Source of the DNA: an uncultured Planctomycetaceae bacterium
Lineage (GTDB): Bacteria > Planctomycetota > Planctomycetia > Planctomycetales > Planctomycetaceae
Assembly (NCBI GenBank): GCA_963813715.1
Contig: CAWFAK010000013.1
Location: forward strand, 77,523 to 141,522
DNA length: 64,000 nt
Direction of reading: 5' to 3'
Shown: positions 52,681 to 61,825 of the stretch, in pieces
How positions within the stretch are numbered: position 1 is the first letter of the stretch
Layout: each line of letters starts with the position of its first letter
Program-made: the position numbers and the translations under genes
The notes under the pieces: model-generated
Database searches by the model: none
Told to the model about the DNA's origin: nothing
Seen by the model: the letters and a program-made list of their open reading frames with translations, nothing else

Positions 52681-53664
52681 TCAGAACGCGCGGTTCGTGA
52701 TCTCGACCTCGGTCGATTCGGCGGCGCGCGGCGTCGGGCGACTTTCGGCGGACGCCGTGTGAGCGCCCTGGTTCCGGTCGAGATGACGGGCACGCCAGTC
52801 GTCGAGCTGCCGCAACACCTGGTTGACGGCTTCGAGCGGGTCGGAGGCTTCCGCCTCGAAGCGATGGATCACGCGCGGGTTGGTCCGCGAGGCAAAGCGA
52901 CAACTGAAGTTGAAGTCGCCCTCGCGCTCGCCGGGCTGCAGCTGGAAATCGCGAATGCCCAGTGCGTTCAAACGATCGACGGCGTGCTTCCAGGTGAGGG
53001 CCGTCCGACTGGCGCGTACGGCGCCGGGCTGCGGAGCTCGGCGGTCGACGCGTCGGCCGTGCGCGAGGCCAGGCTGCCGGCGGCCGGCTCGGTGTCGAGA
53101 GCGACGATGGCTTCCGCCTCGGGCAACTGCCGGCGGGCGGCCGGCATCTTGGCCGGCGTTTCGCGTCCCGGCTCGTCGGCTGCATGTTCGTCGATCGATC
53201 CGCTGGCCGCCGTTCGTTCGGCGGCGCTGGCCGGGCCGCGGTCATCGCCCGGCGGGTCGTTCGACAGCAGGGCTTTTTGAGGGAGCCCGTTGCCTTCGCT
53301 GGTCCAGCGCTGCGTTCGCTTGGCGGCGCCGGTTGTCGTCGCCGGGCGACTGGCAGCGCCGGAATCACGACTGAATTCCGCGAAGGGATCGGGGTCCTTC
53401 ACGCCCGCGCGGGCCGAGTGCGTCGCGACGGAGGCATCGGTCGCGGCGTCGCTCTTCGAATCCGAGACGCGCACCGGCGCCGAGCAGATCCGCATTGCCT
53501 CCGCTGGGATTCGCTTCGTCGGCGGCGAATTTCAAATCATCGCCCGTAGCGGCAGCTTTGCTCGTCGCGAGTTGGGGCATCCCCAGGACGGCCAGCAGCG
53601 GCACGACGACCAGCGGAACGAAGATCAGACACGTAGCGAGAGATCCGCCCAAAGGTGAGCGCAT
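52681..53664 (-). CDS. Conserved hypothetical membrane-anchored protein (2 frameshifts)
   Basis: GGAGG RBS; N-terminal TM segment (CLIFVPLVVVPLLAVLGMPQ), disordered linker, C-terminal domain LNALGIRDFQLQPG..FNFSC..RFEAEASDPLEAV. Confidence 0.65.
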
Positions 53665-54159
53665 CGCGGGGTACCTCCATGCACAACCGCGGCCGAACGT
53701 CGGCCCCGCGCATGGCGCATCGCCGGTCAATCCACGACCGGCACGCCGTCGCGCGGAAGGGCGGGCGTCCGCATCCCCCGCTGGGTCTTCGGGGGGGAGC
53801 GGATGCTAGCCCACGTTCACTCTTCTCACAACGGCAGTTCTCTGCTATGAAACCGGGAGCTCAAACTGCCGTACGGTCGAGCCAGGGTCGCAAAAGTCAG
53901 GCCGTTCGTCGATGTGCGGCACGCTTCGAGTTTTTTTCGCGTCGGCGCTCGAATTGCAGACGGGGAGGGCGATTCTTCGGCACCCGTGCGCTCGCTGGTC
54001 GCCTCGCGGCGTGTAACTCGCGTCCGAGCGGCTTGTAAGAAATTCAGCGACGTTTGGCAAAAGACCAATTTTCAAAACCAACGCTTTGCCTGGGGCGGTC
54101 CCGTTGGACCTCGGCAAGAGCCGGGACTTCTGCGAGAGCCGCCCTCCTGTGAGGAGTGC

Positions 54160-54952
54160 ATGCGAGACCTAACTCGATCGTCGCGTCGGTTTGTTGTGGG
54201 AACCATCGGACTTGCGGCCTGTGCGCCTGCTCGCCGTCGCTGCCCAGGCCCGTGCGGCCCAGCCGAAGGAACATCCGCTGGTGCCGGTGTTGAAGCTCGC
54301 CGAGTCGAGCCGCGACTCGATTGCCGCCGTCCGCGATTACGAGGCGCTCTTCACCAAGCGCGAACTGGTCGGCCGCTCGCTCTTTACGGGGCAGATGCAG
54401 ATGCGGCTGCGGCAGCAGCCGTTCAGCGTCTATCTGCGGTTCGTCGACGCCAACAACGGCCGCGAAGTGATGTTCGCCGGCCCGCGCTATCAGAACAAGC
54501 TGATGGCCCACGAGCCTCCCGGGAATATCCGTGCCCTCGTCGGCACGATCTCGCTCGATCCGACAAGCTCGCAGGCAATGGCCGAGGGACGCCACCCCAT
54601 CACCCGCATCGGCATGCTGAAGATGGTGGAAGGCGTGATCGACCAGTGGAACGAAGAAAAGAAGTTCGGCGAAATCGACGTCCAGTTCTATCCCAACGCC
54701 AAGCTGCAGGGAGTCGAGTGCCAGGTCTGCGAGTCGACGCACCCGACGCCGCGGCGGCAGTTCCGCTTCTATCGCACGCGTCTGTTCATCGACAAGCAGA
54801 CCAATTTCCCGGTCCGCCTCGAGCAGTGGGGATTTCCCAACAACGGCGGCGAGCCGTACCTGATCGAAGAGTACACATATACCGACATCCGGCCGAACGT
54901 CGGACTCTCCGACAGCGACTTCGACGTCCGCAATCGCCGGTATCACTTCTAA
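54160..54952 (+). CDS. DUF1571 family exported protein (frameshift near 54220)
   Basis: GAGGAG RBS; SRRF Tat-like signal; DYEALFTKRE, PFSVYLRF, RHPITRIG, LIEEYTY...DFDVRNRRYHF. Confidence 0.8.
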
Positions 54953-54972
54953 GACCGGTATCACCTCTAAGA
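54937..54972 (+). repeat. 18-bp tandem duplication of the DUF1571 gene 3' end
   Basis: CCGGTATCACTTCTAAGA followed by CCGGTATCACCTCTAAGA (1 mismatch). Confidence 0.9.
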
Positions 54973-55101
54973 CACGAGGCACGGCCCGGCGATCGCCCGC
55001 GGGGGTACCAGTTCGCACTTCGGCGACGAGTCGTCCCGGAATAAATCTTCCCGGGGGCGAACCTCCCCGGAAGCCCGGGCCGTCCGGCCGTCGGACGTTC
55101 C

Positions 55102-55944
55102 ATGATCATCGCCCAGCAGCTGGCGGACGTTCGCCAGGCGGTGCGCGAAGCGCGCCGCCGCGGCCAGACCGTCGGCTGCGTCCCCACGATGGGCGCACTG
55201 CATGCCGGTCACGAAAGCTTGATCCGCGCCTGCCGCGAAGAGTGCGGCTTCACCGCGGCGACGATCTTCGTCAATCCGACGCAGTTCGGCCCGCAGGAAG
55301 ACTTTGCCCGCTATCCGCGCCCCGGCGAAGAAGACTTGTCGCGATGCCGTGGCGCGGGCGTCGATCTGGTCTTTCTGCCGGCGGTCGAACTGATCTATCC
55401 GGCCGGCTTTTCCACGCACGTCGAGGTGGAAGGACTGTCGCAGATTCTGGAAGGAGCGGTCCGTCCCGGGCACTTTCGCGGCGTGGCGACGGTCGTGCTC
55501 AAACTGCTCAACATCGTCGCTCCGGATCGCGCGTACTTCGGTCGCAAGGACTTTCAGCAGCAGTTGCTCGTGCGTAAAATGTGTCGAGAGCTCGACCTGC
55601 CCGTCGAAATTCGGACCTGTGCCACGGTCCGCGAGCCGGACGGCCTGGCCCTCAGCAGCCGCAACCGGTATCTCTCCGCGAACGAACGCCAAGCGGCCCT
55701 GTGCCTCTATCAATCGCTGCAGCTGGCCCAACAGCGGCTGACACGCGGAGACGAGGACGTGCGGGCGATCGCCGGCGACATGCAAAAGCTTCTCGAAACG
55801 GCCGGGGCCCGACCCGATTACGCGGTCATCGCCGATCCGGAAACGCTCGTTGAGTTGACGGCGCCGATGCAAAACATGGTGGCGCTCGTGGCTGCCCGCG
55901 TTGGCCGCACGCGCTTGATCGACAACCTGTTGATAACTTGTTGA
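55102..55944 (+). CDS. panC: Pantoate--beta-alanine ligase
   Basis: VPTMGALHAGH, IFVNPTQF, RPGHFRGV, FGRKDFQQ, GLALSSRN, RLIDN. Confidence 0.97.
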   Translation: MIIAQQLADVRQAVREARRRGQTVGCVPTMGALHAGHESLIRACREECGFTAATIFVNPTQFGPQEDFARYPRPGEEDLSRCRGAGVDLVFLPAVELIYPAGFSTHVEVEGLSQILEGAVRPGHFRGVATVVLKLLNIVAPDRAYFGRKDFQQQLLVRKMCRELDLPVEIRTCATVREPDGLALSSRNRYLSANERQAALCLYQSLQLAQQRLTRGDEDVRAIAGDMQKLLETAGARPDYAVIADPETLVELTAPMQNMVALVAARVGRTRLIDNLLITC

Positions 55945-55969
55945 AAACGTGTTGAGAACCTGCTGATCA
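55924..55969. repeat. Four tandem 11-bp units spanning the panC stop, DnaA-box-like
   Basis: AACCTGTTGAT AACTTGTTGAA AACGTGTTGAG AACCTGCTGAT. Confidence 0.8.
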
Positions 55970-56002
55970 CGATCGCCCCTTCCCTCTAATCTGAGTCCCC
56001 GC

Positions 56003-57579
56003 ATGCGGCAGACGCTCCTGCGAATTCCCCTCGATGGCCCGTGGACCATCGGACCGTTCGAGGTGCCCGGCTTCGGGTTCGGCATCGTCCTGGCCGCGTG
56101 GTGCCTGTTCGGGATCGTCTGGCTCGTCCGCAATCCGGCGCAGCGCGCGCAACTCAAGAGCCTCGTCGCGCCGGTCGGCATCTGGCTGGCGATCGCCGCG
56201 GCAATCGTGTTCCTGCCGTGGTGGTGCCAGCGGGGAGCGCGCGCTGAAGTCGGCGCAGGCAGACCACGCGCTCGAGGTCGATCCGGCCTCGCTCGACGCG
56301 CTGATCCTGCGGGCCCAGGCCTATTACTCCATGCGGGATTTCGCGCAGGCCGTCGACGATCTGAAGACGGCCCTGCGTACGCATCCGCAAAGCACCGTTG
56401 CCCTCAATCGGCTGGCCTGGATCCAAGCCACGTGTCCGCAAGCCTCCGTTCGCGACGGGGCGGCCGCGCTCGATAACGCGAAAGAAGCCTGTGCCCTCAC
56501 TTCGTCGCGCAATCCCGAGTATCTCGCCACGCTCGCCGCGGCCCAGGCCGAGACGGGCGACTTCAAAGCGTCCGCCGAGACCGATCAAAAGCGCTGCGGC
56601 TGGCGACTGCACCCACCCGCGCTGACGAGGCAGCCCCCCTGGCCGATCTGCCGCGGATGCGTCAGCAATTGCAGGCGGCCGTCGACAATCGGCCGTTTCG
56701 CGACCGTTCCGTCGGCTCGAGCGTGCCGGTCTACGGATTCGGGGCGATGTTGTTTCTGGGCTTCACGGCGGGAGCCTGGTCGTGCGCCCGCCGCGGCATG
56801 AGCGTCGGCTATGCGCCCGAAATGATGTGGGACATCGCGATCTGGCTGTTCATCGCCGGCGTGATCGGCTGCCGCGTCTTCTACTGCATCCAATACAGCA
56901 AACATGTGTTCTTCAACTACGAGAACGGCGAATACGTGCTCAAGAGCCTGCCGGCGCTGTTGTTTTCGGCCGTGAATCTGCCCGACGGCGGGTTGGTCTG
57001 GTATGGCGGGCTGGTTTCCGGAGCGCTCGCCGCGGTGTGGCTGGCCCGCAAGCGCAAAATCAATTTCCTCGAAGTGGGCGACGTCGTCATCCCGTCGTTG
57101 CTGCTGGGCCTGGCATTCGGCCGCGTCGGCTGCTTCCTGAACGGCTGCTGCTACGGTGATCGGTGCAGCCTCCCCTGGGGCGTGCGATTCCCGATGGGCA
57201 GCGTGCCCGACATGTCACTGGTGCTCCATGGCTATCTGGGGGCCGACCAGGACTTTTCGTTGCGGCTGCATCCGACGCAGCTCTACAGTGCGCTCAACGC
57301 ACTGATCTTGTTCTGCCTGACCAGCATCTACTTCTACTATCGCCCGCGGAACGGCTCCGTGATCGCCCTGGGCGCCATCACGTATGCCATCACGCGGTTC
57401 ACGATCGAGTTTCTGCGGGACGACGAAGTCGGCCAGTTCGGCACCCCGCTCACCATTTCGCAGTGGCTCAGCATCGTGATGTTCGTCTTCGCCCTGGGGT
57501 TCGTCGCCTGGCTGTCGCGCCAGCCGATGCTGCCGCAGGCCTCTCGTGCGCCCGGCCGCGCGAGCCGGTCACGGCTTGA
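56003..57579 (+). CDS. lgt: Prolipoprotein diacylglyceryl transferase with an inserted TPR domain (frameshifts near 56230, 56590 and probably 57545)
   Basis: VYGFG, GCRVFY, GGLVWYGG, FGRVGCFLNGCCYG, HPTQLY, RFTIEFLR, TISQW; TPR block at 56250-56690. Confidence 0.85.
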
Positions 57580-57738
57580 CAGGAGCCTTGGCACGACAGA
57601 GGATGGGGTCGCTGCGACCTGTCGCGGCCGGGATGCGGTTTGCCGATCCCGTTTTGGAACCCGGCGGCAGCGCCGGTTCAGGACACGGGCGGCAGCGCCC
57701 GGTTCTCCGTTCGCCGCCACTCGGGCTCGTGCCAAAAC

Positions 57739-58329
57739 GTGTCCAGCGACGACAAACAGCTCATTCGACAATGTCTGGCAGGCCGCACGGAGGCTTTCGG
57801 CGAACTGGTGGTCCGTTACCAGGATCGCCTCTGCAACTCCCTCTTCCGTGTGCTCGGCTCGTCGGACGACGCCCGTGACGCGGCCCAAGACGCCTTCGTC
57901 CAGGCGTTTCAAAAGCTGAAGACGTTCCGCGGCAACTCGGCCTTTTACTCGTGGCTGTTCCGCATCGCGCTTAATGCGGCCGCCACGCAACGACGGCGGA
58001 CCCGCCAGAAGCCCACGTCGATCGAGTCGATGCGGGAAACGAGCGGCCAGACGCCGGCCGACCCGCACCCCGAAGCCGCCCCCTCGCATTCCATGGAACG
58101 GGCCGAACGCCAAAAAGCCGTCCAGGCCGCACTCGCCGCCCTGCCCGCCGAATTCCGCATCCCGCTGGTACTCAAGGAAATCGACGGCCTCAAATACCAG
58201 GAAATCGCCGAAATCGTCGGCTGCCCCATCGGCACCGTCCGCAGCCGCATCCACCGCGCCCGCGTCGAACTGCGCCAACGCCTGGCGTCGCAGCTCGAGG
58301 AAGAAGAGCCTTCCGTGCCGCAGGAATGA
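57739..58329 (+). CDS. ECF sigma-70 factor
   Basis: AFGELVVRYQ, DAAQDAFVQAF, FYSWLFRIALN, LKYQEIAEIVGCPIGTVRSRIHRAR; GTG start. Confidence 0.93.
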   Translation: MSSDDKQLIRQCLAGRTEAFGELVVRYQDRLCNSLFRVLGSSDDARDAAQDAFVQAFQKLKTFRGNSAFYSWLFRIALNAAATQRRRTRQKPTSIESMRETSGQTPADPHPEAAPSHSMERAERQKAVQAALAALPAEFRIPLVLKEIDGLKYQEIAEIVGCPIGTVRSRIHRARVELRQRLASQLEEEEPSVPQE

Positions 58330-58342
58330 TTTGCCGGATCAT

Positions 58343-58846
58343 ATGGCGTGGCGCTGCAACATCTGCGGAGGAGAGTGCGAAGAGAGCCCGACGTGCTTCG
58401 GAATCGAGGCTCCCTGGCGGGCGTTGGTTCCCGAGTCGGAGTTCTTGCGTCGCGTGGAGCTCACGGCCGATCAGTGCGTGATTGACGGCGCGACTTTCTT
58501 CGTCCGCGGCCATGTCCAGATTCCCATCCACGATTTTTCGGAGCCGCTGGCCTTCTCGGTCTGGTCGTCGCTAAGCGAAAAGAGCTTTCGGCACATGTGC
58601 GAACGTTGGACGTCGCCGCTCCGCGCCGCCGATTCGGCGTATTTCGGTTGGCTGAGTACGCCGATCGCAATTTACCCGAACACGGTGCATTTACCTCTTT
58701 CCGTGCAATCGCGAGAACCTGGATTTACACCAACGTTTACTGTGACGTGCGCCGATCACCCGCTGGCAATCGATCAAGAGCGCGGTATCACGATCGCGCG
58801 TTGGCACGAGATCGCGCACAAAATTTTGCACGATCGACCCGTTTGA
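58343..58846 (+). CDS. DUF2199 family protein
   Basis: CNICG, DQCVID..FFVRG...IPI, VWSSLSEKSF, YFGWLST, HPLAIDQERGIT. Confidence 0.8.
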   Translation: MAWRCNICGGECEESPTCFGIEAPWRALVPESEFLRRVELTADQCVIDGATFFVRGHVQIPIHDFSEPLAFSVWSSLSEKSFRHMCERWTSPLRAADSAYFGWLSTPIAIYPNTVHLPLSVQSREPGFTPTFTVTCADHPLAIDQERGITIARWHEIAHKILHDRPV

Positions 58847-58896
58847 ACCCCCCGGTTGCCACGCGTGGCAAGCATAGTGCCACCGCTGACGGGGTT
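58846..58896. repeat. REP-like palindromic element
   Basis: Perfect 16-bp palindrome TTGCCACGCGTGGCAA (58856-58871) inside AACCCC...GGGGTT. Confidence 0.5.
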
Positions 58897-59011
58897 GAAA
58901 CGCATCGAGTCGCTGGCGAACGCCGGGCTCCCACCAAGTCGACACGGCCGACGGACGAGAATCCACAAAACTGATCTTGGACGAATCGAGTTTTTGTGGC
59001 TGAATGGAGAG

Positions 59012-59210
59012 TGGGATCTTTTTCCGCGTCGGATGCGCCGCGCGCACGAGTCGATTGCGCGCATTTGAAGTTCAGCATACGGCGATGGGCCCCACCCAGC
59101 AGGATCTCGGTCAGCATTTGTTCGCTGGGGAGTGGATCCCCGCCGGGAACGAAAAAAGGATCCCCGCCGGTGATGGGGATCCATTTCACTAGGGGGGAGA
59201 AAAGATCCCC
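59012..59210. repeat. GGATCCCC direct/inverted repeat module
   Basis: GGATCCCCGCCGG at 59134 and 59158, GGGGATCC at 59175, and GGGATCTTTTTC (59013) versus GAAAAGATCCCC (59199). Confidence 0.7.
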
Positions 59211-59293
59211 AACAGTCGACGTCGAGGCAGCGGGACTCGGACGGTTGCCTCGCGGGCTGTCCGCAGTTGCAGGGTGGTCACGATCTATCCGGT

Positions 59294-59718
59294 GGGTCGG
59301 GACACTTGCTTTCAATAGGAAGCTGACTCACAAGTAGTTGACCCATCCCCTCCTCCCGAGCGTTGGATTGGGACGGGACACGAGGGCGGGACGGGACAAG
59401 CAACGTCCGGACTCGAACCCCGGTCTCACAGGTCCGGTCTCTTCTTAACAGTTCGAAATGAGTCCGGCCGTAGTCTTTGGCGGACAGCGACTTACGGCGG
59501 ACAAGACTCCGGTCCGGACACTTTCGTCCAAAGGGACCGCAGATGGGACGGGACACGCGGAAGTCCAAGGTCCAAGGTTCCAAGGCCGAAAATCAGAGGC
59601 TCGGAGTTCTGCCTTTTGGACTTTGGACCGTGGGACATTGGAGGAACGCCGGGACGGGACTCGAACCTTGGGACGCAGACCAGAATAGGACGGGACACGA
59701 GCGGGACGGGACACGAGC
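59294..59718 (+). repeat. Dispersed co-oriented GGGACGGGACAC repeat array around a central palindrome
   Basis: Copies at 59294, 59370, 59388, 59545, 59651, 59687 and 59703; variants GTCCGGAC at 59405 and 59512; dyad GTCCGGCCGTAGTC / GACTTACGGCGGAC at 59462-59502. Confidence 0.85.
59563..59643. repeat. Second inverted heptamer array (GTCCAAG)n ... (TTTGGAC)n
   Basis: GTCCAAG GTCCAAG GTTCCAAG GCCGAAA ... TTTGGAC TTTGGAC CGTGGGAC ATTGGAG; same family as 20030-20131. Confidence 0.8.
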
Positions 59719-59790
59719 GTCGGCACCAGTCACTTGGCCCGCGGGTTCGGCAGTCAATCACTCAGAAGAGCTTCGCAGGAGGAGAGACGA

Positions 59791-60030
59791 ATGGTTGCCA
59801 ATGCGTGTCCAGAGTGTGGCGCGGCGATGGAAGAGGGATTCATCCCCGACCGCTCGTATGCCCAGGTCCTGCAACTGATCTGGCAGCGCGGGGAGCCGGA
59901 ACCGTTGAAGTTCTTCGGAATGTCCAGCGGCAGCATCGGGCTGCGGAAGGAGGACGACCTGAACGTGACCGCCAAACGCTGCACCCGCTGCGGCTATCTC
60001 AAGCTCTACGCGCTGCCCAAGACCGATTGA
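59791..60030 (+). CDS. Small zinc-ribbon protein (PF20097/DUF6487-like)
   Basis: AGGAGG RBS; CPECGAAMEEGFI...RCTRCGYLKLYA. Confidence 0.8.
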   Translation: MVANACPECGAAMEEGFIPDRSYAQVLQLIWQRGEPEPLKFFGMSSGSIGLRKEDDLNVTAKRCTRCGYLKLYALPKTD

Positions 60031-60138
60031 GATTGTCCGTCAACTCGAACGTGTGCCACTGCTGAGACGTTTCGGCTCAGCAGTGCTGTTGTTGACGATT
60101 CGAGGCCCGCGCGGATCGAGCAGTGGCAGTCGGCGCCG

Positions 60139-60366
60139 TCAGCCTTTCGACTTACCCGCGGCAAGTGCCTTCACGTCGTTGGTCGAGAGCGGATTGCCGC
60201 CGATTCCCCAGTCGCCGCTCTTGACCTCTTCGATGACGACCCAGGTCACCGACCGCATCGCCTCGCCTTCGATCGAGACCATCGTGTCGGTGAGCTTGCG
60301 GATCATCTCTTGCTTCTGCGATGGACTGAAAACGCCTTCGATGATTTTGACATTCAAGAGTGGCAT
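60139..60366 (-). CDS. 4-oxalocrotonate tautomerase family protein
   Basis: Catalytic Pro1 (MPLLNVK), QKQEMIRKLTD, WVVIEEV..GDWGIGG. Confidence 0.9.
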   Translation of the reverse strand: MPLLNVKIIEGVFSPSQKQEMIRKLTDTMVSIEGEAMRSVTWVVIEEVKSGDWGIGGNPLSTNDVKALAAGKSKG

Positions 60367-60531
60367 GCGTGCTCTCCAGTCGGGGCCCGTTTCCGAATCG
60401 ATCTCGGTTTCGACGCACATCCTGCCGCGCATCGCGTCACAAAGCAAATGCCCCGGGTGCCGACCCCGGGACGTCCGGCTCCAACCATTTCAAAACGTCG
60501 AGGCCAGCCGCAAAGGGGGCGACCCGTCCGC

Positions 60532-61557
60532 TCAGTGAGGCGCGATCCCCGGCAGGGCCGTGAAGAGGTAATAGGCCCGCGGCACGGCTGCATCGAGCAC
60601 GGCGCCCAGGCGCGACTCAGGCTTGGCCGACTCGCTGGACGATACCAGCCGCTCGATCAGGTTCGGCGGCGATTCGTAGGAGACAACGCGCACCTTATCG
60701 AGCTTCAGCCGGTCTTTGAGCGACTTGACCGCGTCTTCGAGGAAGCCGATCTGGTCGACCAGTTTTCGCTCTTTGGCCTGCTTGGCGGTGAAGACCTGCC
60801 CGGTGGCCATTTCGCGAATCTTCTTGATGTCGAGCCCCTTGCGGCTGCCCACGATGACTTCCAAAAAACGGTCGAGCGTTTCGTCCAGAATCTCCATCCA
60901 CAGCTTTTTGTCCGTCTCGGAAACGGGGCGGAAGAGACTCAGCGTGTCTTTGTACGGCCCGGTCTTGAGCGAATCTTCCTTCACCCCCGCCTTCTCGGCC
61001 AAACCCGAGATGTCATAGTGCGGCAAAATTACCCCAATTGACCCGGTCCAACATGTGGGTTCGGCAAAGATCACGCCGTCGGGGCCGGCCCCCATCGCAA
61101 CGTAATAGCCGCCCGAAGCGGCGAGGCGTTTCATTTGCACGTTGATCGGTTTGTGCTTGTCGGTGTCGAGCGTGCGCAGCGCGTGATAAATCTCGTTGCT
61201 ATCGGCGACCAGGCCACCAGGCGAATCGACGACCAGCACCACGCCTTTCACGCTGTCGTCACGGCTCGCTTGTTTGATGGCGTCGAGAACGTGGCCGGTG
61301 AACGGGGGCATGATGGTCCCCTCCACGGCGACCAGCGCGATCTTGTCCGTGGCGAGCGGATCGCCCGAGTGGAAGCGTTCCACCACGCCTTCGCCATAAC
61401 CGAAGTACGTGTGCCACGCGGAATACAGCATCAGGTTGAAGGCGACGGAGATCAGCAGGACCAGCATCAACAGCCAAAAAGTGAAGCGGCGGCGCGGTGC
61501 TTGGACCACCACGACGGGCCGGTCAGCGGGAATAGAACGATCACTTGGCGCACTCAT
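60532..61557 (-). CDS. sppA: Signal peptide peptidase SppA (S49)
   Basis: VDSPGG, AASGGYYVA, TGSIGV, KTGPYKD, TGQVFTAKQA...LVDQIG; N-terminal TM segment. Confidence 0.92.
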   Translation of the reverse strand: MSAPSDRSIPADRPVVVVQAPRRRFTFWLLMLVLLISVAFNLMLYSAWHTYFGYGEGVVERFHSGDPLATDKIALVAVEGTIMPPFTGHVLDAIKQASRDDSVKGVVLVVDSPGGLVADSNEIYHALRTLDTDKHKPINVQMKRLAASGGYYVAMGAGPDGVIFAEPTCWTGSIGVILPHYDISGLAEKAGVKEDSLKTGPYKDTLSLFRPVSETDKKLWMEILDETLDRFLEVIVGSRKGLDIKKIREMATGQVFTAKQAKERKLVDQIGFLEDAVKSLKDRLKLDKVRVVSYESPPNLIERLVSSSESAKPESRLGAVLDAAVPRAYYLFTALPGIAPH

Positions 61558-61825
61558 CACGGAGGCCCTGGTAAGAGGAGCAAGCTACAGCCGGTTTTCC
61601 GGTGATTCCCGTTCTGCCGGCGAGGGTTGCCCGAATCGTTGGCAAAACCCCCACGCGCGTCAAAACCGAACTGGGCGCGCGTCGATAAAAGCTCTGGCGA
61701 AAGCGATTACTCCAGCCGTGACGATTATCCCTCGTCGTCCTGCGGAGTGCAATCTCCGGGCTTTACGCATTACGCAGCCCGCGCCGCGCCCGCAGCTCCG
61801 CTCGCGATTCGAGGAGATCCAGGGA

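Noticed and set aside
58950..59350. Chromosomal oriC
   Set aside because: There are no convincing DnaA boxes here (best GAATCCACA has 2 mismatches) and no dnaA/dnaN context.
59294..59718. Possible CRISPR array
   Set aside because: The repeats are only about 12 bp, spacing is very irregular (16 to over 150 bp between starts), and no cas gene is present.
58774..59878. ORFs 58788..59315, 58996..59337, 59278..59583, 59477..59878 and similar
   Set aside because: They have no RBS or recognisable domain, and their peptide patterns (GGDP, WTLDF, RDGTR) are translations of the DNA repeats.
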